Shown here: positions 52,204-64,000 of the stretch, in pieces | How positions within the stretch are numbered: the first letter of the stretch is position 1 | How the letters are laid out: the number at the start of each line of letters is the position of its first letter | Assembly: GCF_006345805.1 (NCBI RefSeq) | Contig: NC_043000.1 | Coordinates: forward strand, 127,410,001 to 127,474,000 | Direction: 5' to 3' | Origin: Octopus sinensis | Taxonomy: Eukaryota | DNA length: 64,000 nt | Position numbers and translations under genes: made by a program | Notes under the pieces: generated by a model | Seen by the model: only the letters and a program-made list of their open reading frames with translations | Database searches by the model: none | Told to the model about the DNA's origin: nothing

Positions 52204-53860
52204 TTAATCCATTCATTATAATATTTCTGTTAAAATACATTACCCCTCATTGAAAAAAATGAAGAATGTAATGAAATAATTGTCATTATTAAACTGATGG
52301 TTTAGAATATAAGTTAACATGAAATTTTGATGGAAGGTTGAATTTAGATCACTTGAAACAGGACAAGAATGCTCTCAAGTGGATTAAGTAAAATGCTATG
52401 GGCCCCTACAAATATTAAAAAAAATTTTTCCCCAAAATTATGAACTATGAATACAAGACAGAAATTGAGCTTGAATTCTGCTGCCATGCTTATATCTTCA
52501 TTCCTTGTTAATTTTAATTAATTACATTCTTTTATTCTTTCATTGGACTCAGTCCCTAGACTGTGGCCATGCTGGGGTACTGCTTCCAAAAGCAACTCTT
52601 TTACCACTTGATTGTATCAACCGCAATATGTTCTTCAGTCTGGTACTTATTTACCACATTTTAATGTGTTATAAGGAACCCTTTGTCATTAAAAATTGGG
52701 TTAAAAAAATATGGGAGTTTCTTATACATGGATAGTATAAATAATCCCTTACAAAAACTTTTTTTCCAAATTTTAAACCTAAAAAATTAGGGTGTTCCTT
52801 ATACACGAGGGCTCTTTATACATGTTAAAATATGGTAATACCTCTCAACAATATTGCTTTTTAATAAAAAGAAATATAACTAGACACACTGGTTTATGCT
52901 GGTAAACATAACAAAGTCACACACACACACACACACACTCATACAAATACATATTATTTTATTGGCTCAATTTAGAAGAAGGGACTGTGCTCATGACTGA
53001 TACATGATCGAGATATATAATTGACCCTGACTGACAGAGGTCTTTAAAAATAACCAGTGAAGTGATACATCATCCATAATCTAAAAGATGTCTTTTACTA
53101 GATAACTGGGTAGCAAACTAAAATTCTGAGCTGCAAAAATGGTAAACACACATCATAAAAATGATTTATTAAAAACAGCCATGTGTAAGAAATAAAAATA
53201 AACAAGAGCTATAAGCATTTTCTCTCACTCACTCACACACACACATACACACACACATGCGCGTGCATGACAAGCTTTCCTACAGTTCTTATTTGCAAAA
53301 TTCACTCGTGATGCATTGGTCACCTCAGTGCAATAAAAGAAGATATTTTCCCAGAGTGCAATGCAGTGAGCTTGAACCTGAAACAATGTGACTGAGAAGG
53401 AGATTTTTCTGCCACTCATCCATCCCTAAGACTACTCATCATCATCATCATCATCGTTTAATGTCTGTTTTCCATGCTAGCATGAATTTGACTGTTCAAC
53501 TGGGGTCTGGGAAGCTAGGAGGCTGCACCAGGCTCAAGTCTGATCTGGCAGTGTTTCTACAGCTGGATGCCCTTCCTAACGCCAACCACTCCGTGAGTAT
53601 AGTGTGTGCTTTTTTATGTGCCACCAGCACAGGTGCCAGGGGAGGCTGGCAACGGCCGTGATCGGTTGATGCCTTTTACGTGCCACCGGCACGGAAGCCA
53701 GTCAAGGTGGTGCTAGCATCAGCCACGTACGGGTGGTGCTTTTTACTTGCCACCAGCACTTACAAGAAGAAATAAAACATTCATTTTATTGGGGGCCCTT
53801 TAGAGGCTCCACATTTTTTTTCAAGCAATAAAAGACAAGCTTAGAATGATATAAACTTAC

Positions 53861-54175
53861 ATCTAATTCTGTTTCATAATTTTCCAAACTCTTTTGGGTG
53901 CAAGGTACAGTCTTATTCAAGAATTCATTGGTTCGTGTTAGCCACACAGCCACTTCTGTTACTCCATCTTTATAAGATTGTGCCTCTTCACCTCTCAGCT
54001 CTTCCAAGTATTGATGGTAAGAAATAACTATATCTCTAAAAGCTTGGTTGATTCTTTCCATTTCATGGTTCATCTTGGCTATCACTAAAGGCTCCACAAC
54101 ATCAGCAAGGTAAAAGCATGCTTCATTGTAGGTTTTATGGTGTTCTTGCCAGTCAGGTAAATCTTGGAAAAAATT
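53861..54175 (-). CDS. SYNE1: Nesprin-1-like exon (105 codons, phase 0-0): NFFQDLPDWQEHH...LENYETELD
   Basis: Acceptor ttatttCAG and donor GAT|GTAAGT; open frame, partly in the ORF track. Confidence 0.9.
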
Positions 54176-54437
54176 CTGAAATAAAAATAAAAGTAAATAT
54201 GATAATATGACTTTTTTTTTCTCTAATGGAGGACCCTCACCAAAATGTTATTAGTTTATTTTATATTCTATCCTAACACTTCCATTTCTCTTTCTGTTTT
54301 TATTAATATTCTGGGACTTTCAGCTCTACAACACAAATATCTGCTTGCTGTATGACCTTCCACCACTTTCTATGGTTTATTTAAGAGTGTGTATGTGTGT
54401 GTGTGTATATATGTGTGAGTGTGTATATATCTATATC

Positions 54438-54469
<32 letters not shown>

Positions 54470-55665
54470 TATATACATATATATATGTGGAGGCATGTGG
54501 CTTAGTGGTTAGGGTGTCAGCATCATGATTGTAAGATTGTGGTTTCGATTCCTGGACCGGGCGACACGTTGTATTCTTGAGCAAAACACTTCATTTCATG
54601 TTGCTCCAGGCCACTCAGCTGGCAAAAATGAGTAATGCTGTGATGGACTGGCATCCCGTCCAGCTGGGGAACACATACGCCACAGAAACCGGGAAACCGG
54701 GCCTATGAGCTTGGCTAGGCTTTAAAAGGGTGCATTTAGTATTATATATATATATTTTATATATATATAATTTGTATTCTTCTTTCACTCATTGTATTTA
54801 GTCAAACATATCAACCCCAGTTTTTATTTGTTCTATTGGACTCTTTTGCCTAAACTGTTAAATTATGAGAATGTAAACAAACCAACACTGGTTTTCAAGT
54901 GGTGGTGGAAGAAAACACAAAGACACACACATACACAGAAGGCTTTCCCACAGTTTCTATCCACTGAATTGATTCACAAGGCTCTGGTCTACAAGGGCCT
55001 ATAGTAGAAAACACTTGCCCAAGGTACCATGCAGTGGGATTGAACCCAAAACCATATGGTTGAGAACCAAACTTCTTAACCACACAGTCATGTCTGCATC
55101 AGAATATTCAATTATGATATTTACTAAACATTAAACTTCTATCCCCAAACTTTGAGGTAACTTGTTTACCAAAGTGTAGTAAGAGTTTGCTTCCTAACCA
55201 CATGGTTCTGGGTTCAATCCCACTGTGTAGCACCTTGGGTAAGTGTTTTCTACTATATCCTTGCGCCAACCAAAGTCTTGTGAGTGGATTTGGTAGGTAG
55301 AAGCTGAAAGAAACCTATCATATGTGTGTGTGTGTTTCTTTGTGTCTTTGTTTGTCCCCCACCACCACCTGACAACCAGTGTTTGTGTGTTTATGTCCCT
55401 GTAACTTAGCTGTCAATAGAATAAGTACCAGGCATTAAAAATAAAACCTCCTGGGAACAATCCATTCAACTAAAATTTTTCAAGACAGTGCCCCAGCATG
55501 GCCACTGCTTAATGACTGAAACAAGTAAAAAAGTTTTTCAAAAAATAAAAGAATTTACCAAAATTCTTTAATTACTCAATTCTTTAATTACATGATGGAT
55601 TACATCAAAGAGCATACAAGAACAAGAACAGTGCATCAACTATTCATCAATGTTTTATGCATTAC

Positions 55666-55871
55666 CTGCTTCTCAGGTGATGGTTTCTGGAGAGCTTTTT
55701 GTGCATCAGCTAACCAGGCATTCAATTTTTGGTTCAGAATGTCATGTTGTTTCCAATATTCTGCAGATTCATCAAGAACTTTACCAGATATTTCAACATC
55801 ATTATATAGTTTATTCCATCTCTCATCACAGCACTGGATAAATTCATGGATGTCATCAGAATTTTCATTAC
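55666..55871 (-). CDS. SYNE1: Nesprin-1-like exon (206 nt, phase 1-0): (G)NENSDDIHEFIQCCDERWNKL...LNAWLADAQKALQKPSPEKQ
   Basis: Acceptor ttttaCAG and donor CAG|GTAATG; spectrin-repeat W motifs (ERW, AWL). Confidence 0.9.
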
Positions 55872-57175
55872 CTGTAAAATGAAAAATATATAAATGATTA
55901 AACTCTTTGAAGTTGGTAAGTTCTGGATAAGTTCTTACCCTATGGGGAGAAGAGGAATTGGATGTTTCAGGGGTTAACCCTTTGCTTAAGACAAAAGGGC
56001 TTTTTTCAACAGAAGAATACCTGTGGATTAAGACAGGGCCGGCTCAAGGTACTGGCAATTCAGGCAGTTATCTGGGGTGTCATGTACTTGGGAGTGCCAA
56101 AGAGGGCATGACAAAAACAAGGAAATTTCCATAACCATCAACTTGGACACATGAAAGTTCAGCTTGCCTGGGGCACCAGCAAACCTAGGGCTGGCCCTGG
56201 GTTTAGATGCTTACTTTCCAACATCATAGTTTCAGTTTCTATCCCACATATATGCACATATGTATTTATATAGTATTGCAGATTGAATAAAATTAAATCT
56301 TCATATGTATAAAGGTGTAGGCACAACTGTGTAGTTAAGAAGACTTGCTTCCCAACCATGTGACCTCAGGTTCAGTCCCACTGTGCAGCACCTTGGGCAA
56401 GTGTCTTCTATGATAGCCTATAGCTGTCCAAAGACTTGTGAGTGGATTTGGTAGATGGGAATTCAGTGTGTATATATGCATGTATGTGTGTAAGCATCAG
56501 TATGCGTGTGCATCAGTGAGTACATTAGTGTGTGTGTGTGTGCATGTATCAGTGTATATGTGTGTATATGCATCAGTGTGTGTGGTACATGTTTTTGGAG
56601 CGTGATCGTTACCAGCGTCGCCTTACTAGCACTTGTGCCAGTGACACATGGAAAAACATTTGAGCGAGGTCATTGCCAGTACCGCTGGACTGCCTCCTGT
56701 GCAGGTGGCACATAAAAAACACTCTTTGAGCATGGCTGTTGTCAGTACCGCCTGACTGGCCCTTGTGCCAGTGGCAAGTAAAAGCACCCACTACACTCTT
56801 GGAGTGGTTGGCGTTAGGAAGGGCATCCAGCTGTAGAAATCTGCCAGATCAGATTGGAGCCTGGTGCAGCCATCTGGTTCGCCAGTCCTCAGTCAAATCG
56901 TCTAATCCATGCTAGCATGGAAAGTTGTGGCGAAAGAGTCAGCAGAAGTTTGCCATTACCTTCTGCCAGAGTCGCATGGAGCTTAGATGTTTCGCTCATA
57001 AACACACACATCGCATGGTCTGAAATTCGAACCCGTGATCCCTCGACCGCAAGTCTGCTGCTCTAACCACTAGGCCATGTGCCTCCACATGAAACTATTA
57101 ATAGCTCTTATATAACTATGCACATTAAATGATACACACACACAATGTAATTTCTAAATGGTCAAATAAACTTAC

Positions 57176-57269
57176 CAACTTCTGTCTTTAAATAGACATC
57201 AGCAGTTGATTTCAAAGTTGCAGAAGTGCTTTGGTAAATTTTGTCAATTCCTCCTTGTACAACAAAACT
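57176..57269 (-). CDS. SYNE1: Nesprin-1-like exon (94 nt, phase 0-1): SFVVQGGIDKIYQSTSATLKSTADVYLKTEV(G)
   Basis: Not in the ORF track. Acceptor atttcCAG and donor G|GTAAGT; supplies exactly the phase 0-to-1 shift the next exon needs. Confidence 0.85.
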
Positions 57270-58515
57270 CTGGAAATCCAAAATATAAGTAATCTGAATG
57301 CAGGATACATAGAATATGTGGTTTAACATCTTTAAAAAATTGTAACTGTTTCTAATAAAGAATCAAATCCAGCAAGTCTGGTGGGAAAGGATTAGTCAAC
57401 AGCACTGAACCTGGTCTTTGATTGGTATTTTATTTTATTTACCAACCCCAGAAGAGATAAAAAGCAAAACTGACTTCAGTGGTATTTGAACTCAGAATAT
57501 AAAAAGCATTGGAAAAACCACAACAAAGCATTTTCTCCAATATTCTAATAATTCTGTCAGCTCACCATATTTAAAAGAAAGCAGCTATAATCTTTTATTT
57601 CTTTATTGCCCACAGGGGGCTAAACATAGAGGGGACAAACAAGGACAGACAAAGTGATTAAGATGATTACATCAACCCCAGTGCATAACTGGTACTTATT
57701 TAATCAACCCCAAAAGGATGAAAAGCAAAGTAGACCTTGGCAGAATTTGAACTCGGAATGTAAAGACAAATGAAATACCACTAAGCATTTTACCCAGCAT
57801 GCTAATGTTTCTGCAAGTGCGCCGCCTTAAGAAAATAGTAATAATAATCCTTTCTATTAAAAGCACAAGGCCCAAAATTTTGGGGGAGGTGAGGGGCAGT
57901 CAATTAGATCGACCCCCGTATGCAATTGGTAGTTAATTTATCGACCCCGAAAGAATGAAAGGCAAAGTCGATCTTGGCGGGATTTGAACTCAGAACGTAA
58001 AGACAGATGAAATACTGCTAAGCATTTTGCTCAGCGTGCTAACATTTCTGCCAGCTCATAATACAATGTTAATAATGTCGAACTAGCAGAATCATTAGCA
58101 TGCTGGGCAAAATGCTTAGCAGCATTTCTGAGTTCAAACTGCACCAAGGTCGACTTTGCCTTTCGTCTCTTCAGGGTTGATAAAATAAGCACCAGTTGAG
58201 CACTGGGGTCAAAGTAATCAACTAGCCCCCTTCTCCCTAAATTACTGGCCTTGTGCCAAAATTTGAAACCAATAATACAGAGAGATATTTTTAGACTCAC
58301 TTTTAGTAATATTAGTTTCAAATTTTAGCACAAGGCCAGCAATTTTGGGGGAGGGAGTAAGTTGATTAGATTGATCCCCAGTGCTCAATGAAAGGTGAAG
58401 TAGTCTATGGGGGAATTTGTACTCAGAAAATAAAGATGGATGAAATACTGCAAAGCATTTTCCCCAGCATGCTAACAACTCTGCCAGCTTGCCACCTTAT
58501 ATATAGCTAATATTG

Positions 58516-58722
58516 TACTCTTTTACTTGTTTCAGTCATTTGACTGTGACCATGCTGGAGCACCGCATTTAGTCGGGCAAATCGACCCCAGGACTTATTT
58601 TTTGTAAGCCTTGTACTTATTCTATCGGTCTCTTTTTGCTGAACTGCTAAGTTACGGGGACGTAAACACACCAGCATTGATTGTCAAGCGATGTTGGGGG
58701 ACAAACACAGCCACACAAACAT

Positions 58723-58790
<68 letters not shown>

Positions 58791-58962
58791 TATATATATG
58801 ACGGGCTCCTTTCAGTTTTTGTCTATCAAATCCGCTCACAAGGCTTTGGTCAGCCCGAGGCTATAGTAGAAAACACTTGCCCAAGGTGCCACACAGTGGT
58901 ACTGAACCTGGAACCATGTGGTTGGTAAGCAAGCTACTTCCCACACAGCCACTCCTGCACCT
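58516..58962 (-). mobile_element. SINE family A copy
   Basis: Same organisation on the minus strand. Confidence 0.85.
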
Positions 58963-60024
58963 ATATGTACTTAATATGGTTTCAAATTTTGCCACAAGGT
59001 CAGCAATTTTAGGAGAGGAGATAAGCTGATTACATCAAACCCTGTGCTCAACCAGTTCTTTCTTTCATCGACCCAGGAACGATGAAAGGCAAAGTCAACC
59101 TTGGTGGAATTTGAACACAGAATGTAAAAACAGATGTAATGCCACTAAACCATTTTTTGTCCAACTTGCTAACAATTCTGCCAGTTCACTTCCAATAATA
59201 TTTATTACCAATCATACTATGAACCAGTGAAATAACCCATTTGAAGCTTATCACAAAATGACAATATTGTTCCCAAAATGGATGATATAAGTAATCAGTC
59301 TTGGAGATACCATTGAAGACTTCATCTTCATAAAGTGTTTCATAGCAGAATACATTAGGAAATTGTTCCTTTGTTGTCTGAAACCTATTTAAGGATTTTG
59401 GCTTGGTGATAAAATCAAGTGAAACAGTTGACAATTTTACAATACCTAAAATCATAAATCATTCATGTGAAGAAACTTCAAACAGTCACCTGTGACTCAT
59501 CATGGGGCTTTTTATATTGTAATATATTTTTACTTCTCTTAATTTGTTTTATTTATTTACTTATTTATTTGCTACTGCTACTACTACTACTTGAAATGAA
59601 CTAGTAAAAGCTTAGCATAATGCCTAAGGCAGCATATGGAAGCAGTAACGGGATATGAACTGTTACTCTTTTACTTGTTTCAGTCATGTGACTATGGCCA
59701 TACCATAAGTCGAGCAAATCGACCCCAGGACTTATTTTTTGTAAGCATAGTACTTATTCTATCAGAGTCTTTTGCTAAACCGCTAAGTTACGGGGACGTA
59801 AACACACCAGCATCGGTTGTCAAGCGATACACAAACATATACACACATACATATACATATATACGATGGGCTTCTTTCAGTTTCCGTCTACCAAATCCAC
59901 TCACAAGGCTTTGATCGACCCAAGGCTATAGTAGAAGACACTTGCCCAAGGTGCTACGCAGTGGGACTGAACCCGGAATCATGTGGTTCATAAGCAAGCT
60001 ACATACCACAGAGCCACTTTTACG

Positions 60025-60061
<37 letters not shown>

Positions 60062-60145
60062 CCCTGCTTCCATTTCCTGAGCGCCTATTAATAATAATAC
60101 TGTAATTGTTCCATTGTTGTTGTTTTTTTGTTTCCTGTTTGGATT

Positions 60146-60198
<53 letters not shown>

Positions 60199-60517
60199 AT
60201 TATATATATAATAACTGGTTTAAGAAAATGCTTCTTTGTCAAATTTATTAGTAATGCTAGATAAAAGTCATACTACTTGTTTATGATACCTCATCATGGA
60301 GTTTTCATTCACACACAAAAAAATCTTAGCTTATTTCACTCTTTCTTGTGGAACCCCTAGGAACTTTTTGCAGAACCCTAGGATTCCAGGGAACCCTGGT
60401 TGAGAAACGCTGGTCTCAGGAACATTTAGAATTAAAGTGACTATCAATAACATAGTCACAAAATATTCTAAACTTAAAAGGGTAGAAATTATCAAGTAAA
60501 TATAAAGATATTCATTT

Positions 60518-61276
60518 GTACATTATTTACATTATTTACATTCAATGGATATTTGTCCTCATCTTGTTTCTTGTTAACACAACGTTTTGGCTGATATACC
60601 CTCCAGCCTTCTTCAGGTGTCTTGGGAAAATTTCGAACCTGAGTTCTCATTCCTAGGGTATATTTTTTTCAATGTCATTATTACTATTATTATTATTATT
60701 GTTCAGGTCACTGCTTGGAATCAAACTCGGAATCTTGGGGTTAATAGTCCGCGCTCTTAACCACTACACCATAAGCCCATTGGTAAGAGCGCAGGCTACT
60801 AATCCCAAGATTCCAAGTTCGATTCCAAGCAGTGACCTGAACAATAATAATAATCATCATCATCATCATCATCATCATCATTTAACGTCCGCTTTCCATG
60901 CTAGCATGGGTTGGACGGTTCAACTGGGGTCTGGGGAGCCCGAAAGCTGCACCAGTCCAGTCAGATCTGGCAGTGTTTCTACAGCTGGATGCCCTTCCTA
61001 ATGCCAACCACTCCGAGAGTGTAGTGGGTGATTTTATGTGCCACCGACACAGGTGCCAGACGAGGCTGGCAAACAGCCACGCTCGGATGGTGTTTTTTAT
61101 GTGCCACCGACACAGGTGCCAGACGAGGCTGGCAGACGGCCACGCTCGGATGGTGTTTTTATGTGCCACCGACACAGGTGCCAGATGAGGCTGGCGAACG
61201 GCCACGATCGGATGGTGTTTGTTACGTGCCCACAGCACGGAGGCCAGTCGGTGCGGTACTGGCTATAATAATAATA

Positions 61277-61314
<38 letters not shown>

Positions 61315-61489
61315 TAACATCGAAAAAATATACCTTAGGAATGAGAACCCAGGTTCGAAATTTCTCCAAGACACCTGAAGAAGGCTGGAGGGTGTATCAG
61401 CTAAAATGTGTTAACAACAAACAAGATGAGGACAAATATCCGTTTAATGTAAATAATGCACATAATTCCTCATTCTTAAATATAGAACT
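60518..61489. mobile_element. Head-to-head dimer of the same tRNA-headed, hammerhead-bearing element (locus 2), interrupted by a SINE in its (AAT)n linker
   Basis: Two divergent heads with B-box-like GTTTGATTCC/GTTCGATTCC around 60705-60840, (AAT)n linkers, and tails with hammerhead folds at 60576-60621 (minus) and about 61370-61412 (plus). Confidence 0.75.
60576..60621 (-). ncRNA. Minimal type I hammerhead motif with G12>A
   Basis: Minus strand reads GACAC CTGAAGA A GGCTG gagggtatat CAGCC AAAA CG T T GTGTT. Stems I and II and palindromic stem III (AACGTT) are intact, but GAAA is AAAA. Confidence 0.65.
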
Positions 61490-61503
61490 ATATTCATTTG
61501 TAC

Positions 61504-61785
61504 CTGATAACCTTCTTGTAGTTGATGTACATTTTGTCTGGAGGAAAACTTCTTGGACCATTCCTTATATTTTGCTTCAGTCTGATCTAGGAAGACCAAG
61601 ATACCAAACCTAGATTTTTGGAATGTTAACATGGACATCTTATCAGGAACCAGATTAGTGACCTGTTGTAATCTTCCATGCATATGTTCAATCTGAGCAG
61701 AAGGCAGTTTCTCTCCTTTGTAGACACCTTGTGACTTGATTTTAGCAAAGAATGTCACATAGGTTGGTAAATCTTTAAATATTTC
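61504..61785 (-). CDS. SYNE1: Nesprin-1-like exon (94 codons, phase 0-0): EIFKDLPTYVTFFAK...HQLQEGYQ
   Basis: Acceptor tttttaCAG and donor CAG|GTACAA; continues the frame; spectrin-repeat composition. Confidence 0.9.
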
Positions 61786-62518
61786 CTGTAAAAAGATGGA
61801 GAAATTTAAAATAGTGTAATCAAAATATGGAAGACATTCATCAATCAGGATTTGGACAAAAAATATAAACGAAAAGAAAATTACAAATTAAGTAAATGGA
61901 ATAATCCATTGGATATTATTGTTCTTATTCTTCCAGTAGTGCTATACTGGAATAGCACAATCATATTGTACAATAAAAGCCAAAGTAGTATTTAGGTATG
62001 ATCTACAATGTTTTGGGGTTTTTGCTATTATGGCCACATAAAACAATCAATAAAAGCATGGTATGTGCTTCCGAGTCATGTTCATCAGCAAGTGCTGGTT
62101 GTGCTTCTTTTTTTTTCTTTTTGATAATATATTCCTAAAACGTTTATATACATTCAAGGAACTTAAAAAGACTAGGTCAAGACCTTCTCATACAAGCACT
62201 GAAACTAAATGCTCAGGTAAAAGTTGATGATGAGGAAGAGGAGGATGCAGAAGAAGATGATGATAATGGTAATTATGATGGTAATTAGGATGACCATAAT
62301 CTAAAATATGATGATGATCATGATACTGATGGGTTTAGTATGAGGAATATGGTGATAGCGATGATGATGATGATGATGGCGGCAATGACAACAACAATCA
62401 AGATGACAGGAGTTAGGATGATGATCATCTAAATTATGGTGAAGATGGTGTGATTACTAAAATGGGGGGGGGGCAGCATCGGCAGCGTCATAGTAGTAGT
62501 AGTAAAAATATTTCTTAC

Positions 62519-62830
62519 CTGGTGTTCAACAATTAATCCGTGTATTTTCAAAATCATTTTGTTTGGATCTTCAACAACATCTAAATTTCTCTCCAAATAT
62601 TCTTCAGCTTTATATAGCCATTCTGAAAAAGCACCGACTTCTCCAGGTAGACTCCTGTCTAGTTTCAATAACCAGAGATGGATTTTCTTCTGCACAGAGA
62701 GCCATCGTTCTTGCAGCATTTTGTAATCTTCCAGTGTAAGCTTCAGAGATTTCTTTGATAAGATTTTCTGTTTCAGACTTCGGTACACTTTGTATTCAAC
62801 ATCATACTGGACTTTGAATGCCATGAATTC
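62519..62830 (-). CDS. SYNE1: Nesprin-1-like gene, first exon in window (104 codons, phase 0-0): EFMAFKVQYD...WLLKLDRSLPGEVGAFSEWLYKAEEYL...IVEHQ
   Basis: Acceptor ttcttCAG (ends 62831) and donor CAG|GTAAGA; open frame. LDRSLPGEVGAFSEWLYKAE resembles the nesprin-1 first-spectrin-repeat motif LDKSLPAPLGTIGAWLYRAE (recalled, not searched). Confidence 0.9.
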
Positions 62831-63044
62831 CTGAAGAACAGATGAAAATTCAATTTAAATTATGGTTGTAGGGGTGGCTGTGTGGTTAACAAGCTTACTT
62901 CATAACCTTATGGTTTTGGGTTCAGTCCTATTGTGCAGTATGTTGGATAAGTATCTTCTACTCTAGCCTAGGGATGACCAAAGCCTTGTGAGTGAAGTTG
63001 ATAGACAGAAACTAGAAGAAACCTGTCTTATATGTATACATAAT

Positions 63045-63091
<47 letters not shown>

Positions 63092-64000
63092 TGTGTGTGC
63101 CTTTGTCTTGACATTATGTGATGTTTGTGAACAAGCATCACTGTCATACAACTTCGTTTCCAGTCTTCTGTAAAAAATATACCAGGGCATAAGGAAATAT
63201 TACCTTACCTGGAAATGGGTGGGGACTGGTTACAGGATGGGCATCTACCCATAGAAAATCTATTTCAACAGATTTTGTCTGACCCATGTAATCATGGACA
63301 AATAAACATTAAATGTTGTCTGTTTGTTTATTTGTTAGTTTTATGTCCATTTTCCTATGTTTCCATGAAATAGGTGAATATATTATTTTGTGAAAGTTTT
63401 ACAGCTGGATGCTCTTCCTAATGCTAACCTTTACCTACTTTCCAAATAAGATATTTACAAGGTTTGGAAAAATTATAAGATTTTTTGTTGTTGTGTAATT
63501 TCCTTTTTAAAGATGTAAAGTTTCCCAATAAATTTAAATATTGTAAAATTAACTATTGTTGGTTGGGTTGGGTTGGGTTGGGTTGGTGGGGTTGCTTTTC
63601 TTTGGAATGGTACATTTTGATGCTTGCTTCCAAATGTCAAGGTATATCCCCACAGAGGGTGAGAGACTAAAGAATACATATAACATAATAAAACCATTTA
63701 GTAGCATTTAGTAATGTCAACATAACCGATATATCAAAGAATAAGACAAGTAGTAACATTTAGTAAATGTTAACAGTGATAAATATATAAGATAGCTTTT
63801 ATTTTTAGCAGTGAGACAAGTAGAACTCATCTTCCATCAACAGAAATGATAAACCATTATTCCTATGCAACATCTGAATAAGAACATTCTAGTAACTTCT
63901 GGTTATGTCTGCTACTTTCCTAATTAATCAACAAGTTTAATAAAGGCCTCTAGAAAGTAAGAGAATACTGTGACTACTATGACGATATTTCTAAAGTAAT

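Noticed and set aside
59186-59455. 89-aa minus ORF with a plausible acceptor and phase-1 donor
   Set aside because: Not spectrin-like; the true phase 0-1 exon is 57176-57269.

Overview
AT-rich, microsatellite- and SINE-dense animal DNA. The repeat families look like those of an octopod cephalopod (inference from repeat content, not verified). One protein-coding gene is supported, on the minus strand: 13 GT-AG exons between 62830 and 31005. They splice in frame to 2799 nt / 933 codons of spectrin-repeat protein resembling the N-terminal rod of nesprin-1 (SYNE1/Msp300). The gene is partial at both ends, and I found no further exon in 1-31004. The rest is repeats: four SINE-like families, CR1- and RTE-type LINE relics, an internally deleted mariner, piggyBac- and hAT-type MITEs, Helitron/Helentron-like elements, many fold-back structures and a 100-N gap. 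The most notable signal is several unrelated non-coding elements carrying minimal type I hammerhead-ribozyme folds. These include a 586-bp tandem unit with an intact GUC-site hammerhead (retrozyme/Penelope-like) and a tRNA-headed, hammerhead-tailed element found twice as a head-to-head dimer. All homology calls come from reading and remembered family motifs; no search was run. Exon and hammerhead coordinates were counted exactly, while most repeat boundaries are approximate.
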